64,000 bases of DNA from Planctomycetota bacterium (GCA_016714045.1 JADJNY010000006.1:287121-351120); one strand, 5' to 3'; numbered from the stretch's first letter, positions 9,920 through 18,230 are shown. Program-made: numbers and translations. The notes: generated by a model from the letters alone, not told the origin.

Positions 9920-12703
9920 TCACCGCGGCCGATCCGGCACGCGCAGCACGAGCTCGTGCTCGGTGTCGCACGTCCAATCGAGCTCGAGGTCGATGAAACC
10001 CGGCGGTTCGACGCGCCGGCCGCGGGTCCGATCGGGATCGGGCTCCGTGCGCTCGACGAGCACGTGGTGGAGTTCCTTCTCGATGCAGCGCAGCACGAAC
10101 CGTCCCTGCTCGTTCGTGCTCACGGTCGACTCGAAGCCCCCCGTCGCCCGGCGCGCGATCACGACAGCGTGCGCGAGCGGCTCACCGCGCGCGTCGAGCA
10201 CGCGCCCCTTCGCGTACACGATCCTCCGCAGCCGCAGCTCGAGGTCGACCGCCCCCGCGGCGATGTCCCGCGCGACCGCCTGCTGCATTTCGACGCGACC
10301 GGGCTTCCCCGCGCCCCCGAGGTCCTGTGACGCCCACACGGTGTACGTCCCGGGCTGCAGCCCGCCGACCTCGAAGCGGCCGTCCGCCCAGCTCTTCCCC
10401 ATCGCGCGCGCGCTCGACCATTCGTTCTGAACGCGCACGTCCGCGTTCGCGAGCGGCCCGCCGTCCGGCCCCAGCACGACGCCTCGGATCGACACGGTCG
10501 GCGCGAGCCGCACGTCGATGTCGACGAGCTCCGCCCCGGCAGGGACCTCGACCGTGAACGGAACCGGCGGGATCCTCTGCGGGACCTCGACCCGCAGTCC
10601 GAGGCGCCCCGGCGGAACGTCGAGCAGCACGTAGGCGCCCGACTCGTTCGTCTTCGCCGTGCGCACGAGCGTCTTCTCGCGCACGATCCCGTCCGCTGGC
10701 GCGTGGTCGTCGCGCGCGAGCTGCGCAGTGATCGTCGCGTTCGCGATCGGCGCGCCAAACTCGTCGAGAACGCGTCCCGCGATCGAACCGCTCGCCGCAA
10801 GCACGAGCTCGCCGAGGTCGACATCGTTCCGAGCGAGCTCGTCGGGCGTGAGCTCGACCGAGCACGCGCCACGGCCCTCGCCGTACGCGAGGACGCGCTG
10901 CGCGTCGCGCACGTTCAAGCCCGCGAGCACGAACCGCCCGTCGGGGTTTGTGCGGGTCACGCTCCATTCCAGCGTCGTGATCAGGAGCGGGAGCTTCGAG
11001 TTGATGCGCTCGGCGGCCGCGAACACGCCAGCGAGCGGACGGCGATCGGTGTCGAGGATGCGGCCGCGGATCACGCGTTCGGGCTCGAGGTCGAAGTCGA
11101 GCTGCGGGCTCTCGTCGTCGTTCGGCGCGAGCTGCGCGAGCGTTCCGTAGCCCGGCGCTCGTGCGCGCAAGGTCGCCATGGAACCCGAGACGATCCCGGC
11201 GAAGGTGTACGCGCCGGTGGCGTCGCCCGTCACGCTGCGCGGCAGGTTCTGCTGCGAGGGAATGTCGATCACAGCCCCCGCGATGCCCTTCCCCGTGCGC
11301 GCGTCGCGCACGAAGCCGCTTGCGCGGCGGCCGCGGCCCGCGGCGAAGGTCCGCACGACCTCGCCGCCTTCGACGAGGTCGACGCCGACGACGATCGGCG
11401 CGCCCTGCGGCGGGAAGAGGTAGAGCACGACCTTCGGCGCCGCGAGTCCGCGCAACACGTAAGCGCCATTCGCATCGGTGCGCACGCCGTAGCGCTCGCG
11501 GTACGCATCGAACGCCGGCGCCACGAGCGCGCCCTCGACCGGCGCTCCCGAGTCGAGCCACGTCACCTGCCCGCTCACGCTCGCGGGCGCGCCGAGGCGA
11601 AACACGTGCTCCATCCCCGCGACGAGATGCTCCGCGCGCAGCGGTACGCAGTCGGCGAGCGCCGCCAGCGCCTCGAACTCGCGGCGCGGTGGGACTTCGA
11701 AGTAGACGAAGCCGTCCGTGCCCGTCTCCTTCGTCTGCACGAGCTCGCGCGCGTCGCGCACTTCGCGCTCGGGGATGTCGGAGCCCTGCACCGGGTTGTG
11801 GCCGATCGTCACGAGGACGCCCGCGCGCGGCGCTTCGGTGAGGTCGATCACGCGCACCGTGAGGTGCGGCACCGTCGGTCGCGGATGCACGAGCGCCGCG
11901 GACGCACGCGGCGCGTCGGGCGTCGGTTCCTTCGGCTGCTGCGCGTCGGTCACGCTCACCGCGCGCGGCGCGGCGCTCGGTGGCTCGAGCGCTGGCGCGT
12001 TGGTAGCGAGCGCGTTCGCGCGCGCTCCGTCCTGCGAGTCCTGAGTCCACCACCACGCGACCGCCGCTGCTACGACGAGCGCGACGAGCGCCACCTGGAC
12101 CTTCGCCGCCACGAGCACCGTCCCTCCCGCCGTCGCGGCGGATCCGCTGTCGAACGCGCGCGCGAACAGGAGCGCCCACGCGCGCCGATCGCCGCCGAAG
12201 TCGCGGTCGAGCCGCGCGCGCAGGATCGCGAGCGCGCGATCGAGCCGTGTGTTCACCGTCTTCACCGGCACGCCGAGGCGTCTTCCGATCGCGCGCGGCG
12301 GCAGGCCCTCGAACCAGCGCAACAGGATCGCGCTGCGGTACGGCTCCTCGAGCGCGTGCACGCACTCGACGACGCGCTTGTGGAGCTCGAAGCGCAGGGC
12401 GAGCTCGTCCGCGCCGGGCTGGGCCTCCGGGCGCGCGGCGACGCGCTCACGCTCGCCGCGGTGCTCGTCGGTGCGCCGGCGGTCGTGCGCGAGGTTGCGC
12501 ACGATGCGGCCGAGGTACGCGCGCACGGTGCGCGGCTCGAGGTCGCCATGCGTGAGGCGCGCGGGCCGCTCGAGCACGCGCGTCCACGCGTCCTGCGCGA
12601 GCTCCTCCGCGACGCCGCGGTCACGCACGAGCGAACGGGCGAGGTCGTCGAGCCAGCGGCGCTCGCCGAGCAGCAGGTCGAGTTCCTTCACGGGTTCGGC
12701 CAT
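9920..12703 (-). CDS. ECF-type sigma-70 factor fused to a TM helix and about 7 CarboxypepD_reg-like repeats
   Basis: The N-terminal ~170 aa carry sigma region 2 (AEELAQDAWTRVLERP) and region 4 (EPYRSAILLRWFEGLPPRAIGRRLGVPVKTVNTRLDRALAILRARL). A TM segment follows (VLVAAKVQVALVALVVAAAVAWWW). After it come repeats of the G.V.D..G.P..GA.V type (e.g. IRGRILDTDRRPLAGVFAAA, IAGRVLDEFGAPIANATITA, IRGVVLGPDGGPLANADVRV). Confidence 0.8.
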   Translation of the reverse strand: MAEPVKELDLLLGERRWLDDLARSLVRDRGVAEELAQDAWTRVLERPARLTHGDLEPRTVRAYLGRIVRNLAHDRRRTDEHRGERERVAARPEAQPGADELALRFELHKRVVECVHALEEPYRSAILLRWFEGLPPRAIGRRLGVPVKTVNTRLDRALAILRARLDRDFGGDRRAWALLFARAFDSGSAATAGGTVLVAAKVQVALVALVVAAAVAWWWTQDSQDGARANALATNAPALEPPSAAPRAVSVTDAQQPKEPTPDAPRASAALVHPRPTVPHLTVRVIDLTEAPRAGVLVTIGHNPVQGSDIPEREVRDARELVQTKETGTDGFVYFEVPPRREFEALAALADCVPLRAEHLVAGMEHVFRLGAPASVSGQVTWLDSGAPVEGALVAPAFDAYRERYGVRTDANGAYVLRGLAAPKVVLYLFPPQGAPIVVGVDLVEGGEVVRTFAAGRGRRASGFVRDARTGKGIAGAVIDIPSQQNLPRSVTGDATGAYTFAGIVSGSMATLRARAPGYGTLAQLAPNDDESPQLDFDLEPERVIRGRILDTDRRPLAGVFAAAERINSKLPLLITTLEWSVTRTNPDGRFVLAGLNVRDAQRVLAYGEGRGACSVELTPDELARNDVDLGELVLAASGSIAGRVLDEFGAPIANATITAQLARDDHAPADGIVREKTLVRTAKTNESGAYVLLDVPPGRLGLRVEVPQRIPPVPFTVEVPAGAELVDIDVRLAPTVSIRGVVLGPDGGPLANADVRVQNEWSSARAMGKSWADGRFEVGGLQPGTYTVWASQDLGGAGKPGRVEMQQAVARDIAAGAVDLELRLRRIVYAKGRVLDARGEPLAHAVVIARRATGGFESTVSTNEQGRFVLRCIEKELHHVLVERTEPDPDRTRGRRVEPPGFIDLELDWTCDTEHELVLRVPDRPR

Positions 12704-12896
12704 CGGGGTCCGTGGACCCAGACGATGCGCGCCCCGAATCTACCTCGACTTCGTCCGTGCGCTCGCCCGAGCCCTCCCCACGACCCACCCCACCCGCCGC
12801 ACGCGCGAGGACACCTCGACGCTCGGACGTCCTGGGATGGCAGGGAACTCCGCCGCGAGCCGGTCGCGGCGTGCCCGGGCGCCGTCGCCCGGCGAA

Positions 12897-13199
12897 CTAC
12901 ACCGTCTTCTCGACGCGACCGGCGTGCTTCAGCGTCTTGAACTCGGGCTTGCGGACCAGGACCTGGTCGCGCCGCGCGAGCGGGCGCTTCTCCATCGCGT
13001 CGGCGAGGGAGATCCCGAGCGAGCGCGCTGCGGTGCGCGCGGCCTTGCGGTCAGCGTGCTCGCTGACGATCGTGCGCTCGAACATCGGCGAACCTTCGAG
13101 CGCGCCGTTCCAGCGCGCGTGGACGACGTGCCATTCGCTCGACGTGACGGCGGCCGCCTGGCTCTTGTGGGTGGTGTCGCGGATCAAGGGCGGGTCTCC
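12897..13199 (-). CDS. hypothetical small protein (start uncertain; may be the 3' part of a frame-broken gene with 13184..13483)
   Basis: The C-terminal ~100 codons of ORF 12897..13487 look coding (LIRDTTHKSQAAAVTSSEWHVVHARWNGALEGSPMFERTIVSEHADRKAARTAARSLGISLADAMEKRPLARRDQVLVRKPEFKTLKHAGRVEKTV). The upstream part of that ORF is Arg-rich junk. A possible TTG start lies at about 13199. Confidence 0.45.
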   Translation of the reverse strand, partial: GDPPLIRDTTHKSQAAAVTSSEWHVVHARWNGALEGSPMFERTIVSEHADRKAARTAARSLGISLADAMEKRPLARRDQVLVRKPEFKTLKHAGRVEKTV

Positions 13200-13483
13200 G
13201 GGGTGCGGGACGTCGGGGCGGAGGAGACGCCGCCGGGCTTCGGCGCGCGGGAGGGCGCGATGCGCCCGGTGTATTCGCCGCGCTGCGCGGCGATGTGCGG
13301 GGGAGGCGGGATCGGCGCGGCGGGCTTCGCGGGAGCGGCCGGCGTCGCGGGCTGGGCGGAAGCAGCGGGTCCGGGCTGCGGCTCGTGCCGCTTCTGCTCG
13401 GCGCGCTCGCGCTTCTTCATCTCCTTGTCGCGCCGCTTGTCCTGCAATCGACGTTCGCGTTGACGCTTCTGGTTTGTATCCAT
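13184..13483 (-). CDS. hypothetical Lys/Arg-rich then Pro/Ala-rich protein (possibly the 5' part of one gene with 12897..13199)
   Basis: ATG at 13483 gives MDTNQKRQRERRLQDKRRDKEMKKRERAEQKRHEPQPGPAAS..PPPPHIAAQRGEY.. with high GC3. Its TGA at 13184-13186 overlaps the +1 frame that continues as ..GDPPLIRDTTHK.. A CTAGAATC box lies 120 nt upstream. Confidence 0.4.
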   Translation of the reverse strand: MDTNQKRQRERRLQDKRRDKEMKKRERAEQKRHEPQPGPAASAQPATPAAPAKPAAPIPPPPHIAAQRGEYTGRIAPSRAPKPGGVSSAPTSRTPETRP

Positions 13484-13604
13484 GCACGATGCCTGTCGGC
13501 TGCTCGCCTCGATGGCCGGATCCTCGTGCCGAGCCGTGCAGGAAGAAGCGGGGCGTCGGCGCGGAACTCCACGAAGGAGCACCCGTCGAACGCGGCGTGA
13601 GACG

Positions 13605-13612
13605 GATTCTAG
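13605..13612 (-). promoter_or_regulatory. CTAGAATC box upstream of 13483 (-)
   Basis: Exact octamer on the minus strand, in the 13484-13688 intergenic gap. Confidence 0.35.
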
Positions 13613-13688
13613 CACGCTGGGAGCGATCGCCCCGCGCCCATCACGGGGATATCGGGGCCGTAGGCCGCGCGACCGCGCGCGCGGGCTC

Positions 13689-15743
13689 TTAACGCGCCTC
13701 GACGAGCGCGAGCTCGATCACCGCGCTGCCCGCGCGCACGCCGCGGGCGCGCGCACGCAGCGGACTCCGTCCGTCGAGCGTGCGCACTTTGCCGTCTTTC
13801 AACCGCGAAGGGCAGGCCTCGAGCTCGACCGCCTCGTCATTTGGCACGCGCAGACGGAACGCGCCCGCGTCGTCCGTGTACGCGAAGTCGAGCTCCTTCC
13901 CCGCCGACGAGCGCACGGTGACGCCCGCGAACGCGACCGGCTTGCCGTCGCCGTCGACGACACGGCCGGCGACGAACGTCGCCGCGGCGAGCACGACCTG
14001 CACCTCGCCCGCGCCGGGCAGCACGCCCTCGCGCGTCGTCTCGGGCAGGACGCCCTCCATGCCCGGTGCAGGCCGAACGCGCAGGTGGAGCGCGCCGCGG
14101 CCGAGCCCCGCGAGCTCGAAGCGTCCGTCCGCGTCGGTCGACGCGCTCGACACGACCGACGGCGCGACGGCTTCGACGCGCGCGTGGGCGGCGGGGCGGA
14201 GTTCGGGATCGAGCACCTGTCCGCGCAACGTCGTCGTGCGCGGGACGATCAAGCGCACGGGGGCGACGGCCTCGGCGCCGAGGGACACGGTCATCCGTGT
14301 TTCGCGGTCGGTGTTGGTCTTGCGAACGGAGCCATCCTCTTCGAACTCGTCGGCCCCGTGGAGGATATCGAGGCTCGACGCCCCGGTCGGTGGGGTCGCC
14401 GCGCCGGACGCGAGGAGCTCGCCACGCGCGTCGGTCCGAACGCTGACGCGATACGGCCCAGGCATCAGCCCGGCGAACGAGAACGCGCCGGAGGCATCCG
14501 TCTGCGTGCGCTGCGGGTTCGGGACGACCTCCGACTTCGAGCGCGGGAGCATCGGCGCGACGCCGTCGCTCCACAGCTCGACCGTGATGCCGCCGAACGG
14601 ATCCGCGCTCGCGAGCGGCTCGCCCTTCCACAGGCGCACGACGCTGCCGCGCAGCTCGAACGGATCGCCGAGCACGACGTCGCCGAAGTCGACGTCCTTC
14701 GCCGCCGACGTGGCGCTGGGCTCGTCGCGCACGGCAATGCCATGCTCGAGCGAGCGCGCGAAAAGGCGTACGGCGGTGCGCGCGTCGAGGTCGGCTACGT
14801 GAAAGCGTCCGTCCGCGTCGGTCGCGGCCTCCTTCAGGGTCGCCGACCAGCTGCCGGGATTGTCGTCGGGCAGAAGGGAATCGGACGGCACGCCGCGGAG
14901 GCACGCGACCACGACCTGCGCGTTCGCGACGGGCCGCCTCGCGCGATCGAGCACGCGCCCGTGCGCCGTGCGGTTCGCGTCGAGCTCGACCACGCAGTCC
15001 GCGCGACCCGACGACACGTCGTCGATCGTCGCGACTCCGACTCCGTAGCCGGTCGCGCTCACGAGCACGTTGCAGGAGCGCGGCGCGCGCTCGACGACGA
15101 GCTCGAAGCGTCCGTCGGGGCCGGTGAGCACGGGCGCGCTCGCGGCGCCGATCCCCGTCGCCTTCGCGGCTCCTGTTCCGGGCGCGCGCACCGCTCCGTC
15201 GGGCCGGGAGGTGACGGACTTCGTGCCGTCGGCCCGCGTGACCGTCACGCCGCCCGCGCCGTCGCTCGAGAGCGTCGTCCCACCGATGTTCATCGGCTCG
15301 CGCTCGAGCTCCGCGAGGAAGCGCTGGAACTCCTGCTGATGGGCCTGGGAGCGGAACTCGGGCCCCTTTCCGCCCGCGCTCGTTCGCTCGGCGCCCCAGA
15401 GCCGCGCGCGCACGAGCGCTCCGGGCACGGGCCGTCCCGTGCCGCGCTCGCGCACGATGCCCGTGACCAGCGTGTGCGCGTCGTCGGGCGCCGCGAGGAT
15501 CGGCGCGGCGGAGGCCGGTGCCGCGCCCGCGCGCTCCACCGCCTCCGCGTCGAGCGGCGCTTCGAGCGGCGCGGCCTCGCCCGCGCGGTCGGGCTCCGTA
15601 TCGCTCGCGAGCACGGCCGGCGGGCGCTCGAGCTCCGCCATGGCGCCGTCGGTCGGGCTCCAATGCGCGACGCGCGCGACGAGGAGGGCGAGCGCCGCGA
15701 GGCACGCGAGCAGGACGATCACGGGGAGCGCGGGACGGCGCAT
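13689..15743 (-). CDS. membrane-anchored protein with CarboxypepD_reg-like repeats
   Basis: ATG at 15743 gives the signal/anchor MRRPALPVIVLLACLAALALLVA. Repeats include VTGIVRERGTGRPVPGALVRA, AHGRVLDRARRPVANAQVVV, LRGQVLDPELRPAAHARVEA and VAGRVVDGDGKPVAFAGVTV, each followed by TD..G.F motifs. Confidence 0.7.
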   Translation of the reverse strand: MRRPALPVIVLLACLAALALLVARVAHWSPTDGAMAELERPPAVLASDTEPDRAGEAAPLEAPLDAEAVERAGAAPASAAPILAAPDDAHTLVTGIVRERGTGRPVPGALVRARLWGAERTSAGGKGPEFRSQAHQQEFQRFLAELEREPMNIGGTTLSSDGAGGVTVTRADGTKSVTSRPDGAVRAPGTGAAKATGIGAASAPVLTGPDGRFELVVERAPRSCNVLVSATGYGVGVATIDDVSSGRADCVVELDANRTAHGRVLDRARRPVANAQVVVACLRGVPSDSLLPDDNPGSWSATLKEAATDADGRFHVADLDARTAVRLFARSLEHGIAVRDEPSATSAAKDVDFGDVVLGDPFELRGSVVRLWKGEPLASADPFGGITVELWSDGVAPMLPRSKSEVVPNPQRTQTDASGAFSFAGLMPGPYRVSVRTDARGELLASGAATPPTGASSLDILHGADEFEEDGSVRKTNTDRETRMTVSLGAEAVAPVRLIVPRTTTLRGQVLDPELRPAAHARVEAVAPSVVSSASTDADGRFELAGLGRGALHLRVRPAPGMEGVLPETTREGVLPGAGEVQVVLAAATFVAGRVVDGDGKPVAFAGVTVRSSAGKELDFAYTDDAGAFRLRVPNDEAVELEACPSRLKDGKVRTLDGRSPLRARARGVRAGSAVIELALVEAR

Positions 15744-15861
15744 GGGGCGGCCTACGCGAGCACGATCGGGCGTGCGAGCGGGACCTCGGGAATCCTAGCG
15801 CGAGTCGCGGTCCCGCGGCCCAAACCGCCGCCCCTGCGCGCGACGCTGCGCTCCGCGTCCC

Positions 15862-15869
15862 CTAGAATC
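15862..15869 (+). promoter_or_regulatory. CTAGAATC box (-10-like TAGAAT) ending 9 nt before ATG 15878; leaderless-mRNA candidate
   Basis: One of five exact CTAGAATC octamers found by reading the window, all between genes. No SD sequence lies before the ATG. Confidence 0.4.
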
Positions 15870-15877
15870 CGCCGCGC

Positions 15878-16966
15878 ATGACCGGTCCGATCGGCCCCAA
15901 GCCGCCGCGCGACGCGAGGAAGCTACTCCTCGTCGTCGCGTCGCTCCTCGTCGCGCTCGCCGGCGCCGAGGTCCTCCTGCGGTTCTTCCACCCGGTCGAC
16001 TACCGCCGCCCCATCGCGCGTCCGCCGGGCCACGTGTGGATGGACGTCGTCCACCAGCCTTCGACGACGCCGGGCCTCACCTACGAGCTCCGCCCCGGCG
16101 CGATCGGCGAGGCGAAGGACGCGAAGGGCGGCCGCGTCGTCGTCAACGCGCGCGGGATGCGCGGGCCGGAGCTCGTCGAGCCGAAGGGCGCGCGCACGCT
16201 GCGCGTCGCGGTGCTCGGCGACTCCGTCGCGTTCGGCTTCGGCGTCGAGCAGGACCAGCTGTTCAGCGCGCGCCTCGCGGCGAAGCTCGGCGCGCTCGAG
16301 GACCGCGCGCACGACTACGAGGTGCTCAACTTCGCCGTCACGGGCTACAGCTCGCGCGAGGAGGCCGTCGTGCTCGAAGCGAAGGCGCTCCCGCTCGCGC
16401 CGGACGTGATCGTCGTCGCGTACTACCTGAACGACCCCGACTTCGGCCCCGTCAACGCGCTGCGCATGGCGTTCCACCCGACGGAAGCGTGGGAGCGCTC
16501 GGAGCTCCTGCGCTTCCTCGCGCAGAAGGCGCACCAGCTGGAGCTCGCGCGGAACGGCGGCGACTACTACCGCTGGCTGCACGCGCCCGACACGGACGAA
16601 TGGAAGAGCGTGCCGCAGGCGTTCGCGCGCATGCATTCGCTCGCGGCCGCGAAGCAGCTGCACGTCGTGCTCGCGATCTTCCCGACGTTCGCGCTCGACG
16701 TCGAGCGCGGGAAGGAGCGCACGGTCTTCGCGACGTGGGACGAGTACGGCTACGCGCCGCTGCACGCGCAGGTGCGCAAGGCCGCGGAACAGGAGTCGTT
16801 CACCGTGCTCGACGTGCTCGACGTCTTCCGCGCGTCGGGCAAGACGCCACGCGAGCTCGCGCGCGACCCCGACCACCCGAACGCGCTCGGCCACGACCTC
16901 GCGGCGGACGCGCTGGGGAAGCTCCTGCTCGAGCGGCACGCGGAGTTCTTCGGGAGCGAACGATGA
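15878..16966 (+). CDS. SGNH/GDSL-family hydrolase or acyl-esterase, membrane anchored
   Basis: N-terminal TM segment (LLLVVASLLVALAGA). Block I is VAVLGDSVAFGFG. An LNF.VTGYS block is present. Block V is DPDHPNALGH. There is no SD, and a TAGAAT box ends 9 nt before the ATG. Confidence 0.8.
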   Translation: MTGPIGPKPPRDARKLLLVVASLLVALAGAEVLLRFFHPVDYRRPIARPPGHVWMDVVHQPSTTPGLTYELRPGAIGEAKDAKGGRVVVNARGMRGPELVEPKGARTLRVAVLGDSVAFGFGVEQDQLFSARLAAKLGALEDRAHDYEVLNFAVTGYSSREEAVVLEAKALPLAPDVIVVAYYLNDPDFGPVNALRMAFHPTEAWERSELLRFLAQKAHQLELARNGGDYYRWLHAPDTDEWKSVPQAFARMHSLAAAKQLHVVLAIFPTFALDVERGKERTVFATWDEYGYAPLHAQVRKAAEQESFTVLDVLDVFRASGKTPRELARDPDHPNALGHDLAADALGKLLLERHAEFFGSER

Positions 16967-17202
16967 GCGCCCATCGCGAACCGGTCGCGGCGCCGCGCGC
17001 GCGCGTTGCACGAGCGGTCACGCGCGCTCGCGTTGCACGGGAGGCCGCGCGCGCTAGCACTGCACGAGCGGCCGCTCGCACTCGCCTTGCACGATCGGCT
17101 GCGCGCACTCGCGCCACGCAAGCGGCCGCCGCGCGCGCGCGCGCCACGCAAACGGCGGGCGAGACGCGCGCGCGGCGCGCGGCGCGGGAGCGCGCGCGAT
17201 GA
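16963..17202 (+). CDS. candidate small Arg/Ala-rich repeat protein (79 aa), speculative
   Basis: ATG at 16963 overlaps the SGNH-1 stop (ATGA). TGA at 17200-17202 overlaps the SGNH-2 ATG at 17199 (ATGA). The ORF reads through six 27-bp (9-codon) repeats: ..ARVARAVTR ARVAREAAR ASTARAAAR TRLARSAAR.. GC3 counted by hand is about 72 percent, which appears lower than in neighbouring genes (not counted) and argues against coding. Confidence 0.3.
   Translation: MSAHREPVAAPRARVARAVTRARVAREAARASTARAAARTRLARSAARTRATQAAAARARATQTAGETRARRAARERAR
16995..17160. repeat. 27-bp imperfect tandem repeat, 6 units
   Basis: The motif (T/C)TGCACG(A/G)(G/T)CGG recurs at 17006, 17033, 17060 and 17087. Degenerate CACGCAA(G/A)CGG units sit in register at 17114 and 17141. 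Spacing is exactly 27 bp. One unit contains the palindrome CGAGCGGCCGCTCG. Confidence 0.85.
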
Positions 17203-18230
17203 GCCTCCTCCCCCGCTCGAAGCCGCTGCGCGCGCTCGTGATCTCGTGCGCTTCGTTCGTCCTCGCGCTCGGCGCCGCCGAGCTCTACCTGCGCATCGCC
17301 GCGCCCGTGCGGTACCGCGCGCCGCTCGACGCGTCGACCGACACGGACTGGCGCACGCTCGTGCACCGCCGTTCCGAGGTCCCCGGGCTCCTCTACGAGC
17401 TCGCGCCGAACGTCGCCAAGGACGTGCGCGGCATGCACGTCGAGACGAACGCGCTCGGGCTGCGCGGGCGCATGCCGGAGATGCCGAAGCCCGCGAACAT
17501 GTTCCGCATCGCGGCAATCGGCGACTCCGTGACGTTCGGGTTCTCCGTCGCGGCGGAGGAGGCCTGGTCGACCGTGCTCGAGACACGGCTCGCCGAGACC
17601 GCCGCCCAAGGCGCGCCGCGCGTCGAGGTGGTCAACTTCGGCGTCGGCGGCTACTGCACGCGCGACGAAGCGCTCGTGCTCGAGCACAAGGCGCTGCCGC
17701 TCGCGCCCGACCTCGTGATCGTCGCGTACTTCCTGAACGATCCCGACTACGAGCCGCAACTGCAGCCGCTCCACCGCTACTTCCGCGGCTCGCTGTGGTG
17801 GGAGCACTCGCACGTCGCGCGCCTCGTCGCACGCTGGCGCTTCGATCGCGAGCGCGCGGCCGCGGGCGACGACCTCTACCGCTGGTACCACGCGCCCGAT
17901 TCCGAGCGCTGGAAAAGCGTGCTCGATGCGTTCGACGCGATGCAGTCGAGCGTGGATGCGGCGGGCATCCCGCTCGTGCTCGTCGTGTTCCCGTGTTACC
18001 GCGGGTTCCCAGGCTTCGACCACTACCGATGGACGGAGCTGCACGAGCGCGTGCTCGCCGCGGCGAAGGCGCGCGGGTTCGTCACGCTCGACCTCCTTCC
18101 GACGTTCGCGGCGAGCGAACGCACGCAAGAAGAGCTCAGCGCCGACCCCGAACATCCGAGCGCCCTCGGTCACGCCCTCGCGGCGCGCGCGATCGCGGAG
18201 CGCGTGGCGGAGTTCGTCCGGGTGCGCTGA
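17199..18230 (+). CDS. SGNH/GDSL-family hydrolase or acyl-esterase, paralog of 15878..16966
   Basis: Same architecture as SGNH-1: a TM anchor (ALVISCASFVLALGAA), IAAIGDSVTFGFS, VNFGVGGYC and DPEHPSALGH. It aligns collinearly with the upstream paralog. Confidence 0.8.
   Translation: MSLLPRSKPLRALVISCASFVLALGAAELYLRIAAPVRYRAPLDASTDTDWRTLVHRRSEVPGLLYELAPNVAKDVRGMHVETNALGLRGRMPEMPKPANMFRIAAIGDSVTFGFSVAAEEAWSTVLETRLAETAAQGAPRVEVVNFGVGGYCTRDEALVLEHKALPLAPDLVIVAYFLNDPDYEPQLQPLHRYFRGSLWWEHSHVARLVARWRFDRERAAAGDDLYRWYHAPDSERWKSVLDAFDAMQSSVDAAGIPLVLVVFPCYRGFPGFDHYRWTELHERVLAAAKARGFVTLDLLPTFAASERTQEELSADPEHPSALGHALAARAIAERVAEFVRVR

Noticed and set aside
16995-17160. The 27-bp repeat array considered as a CRISPR array.
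   Set aside because: The units are contiguous with no unique spacers and are degenerate. There are only six, and no cas genes are present in the window.
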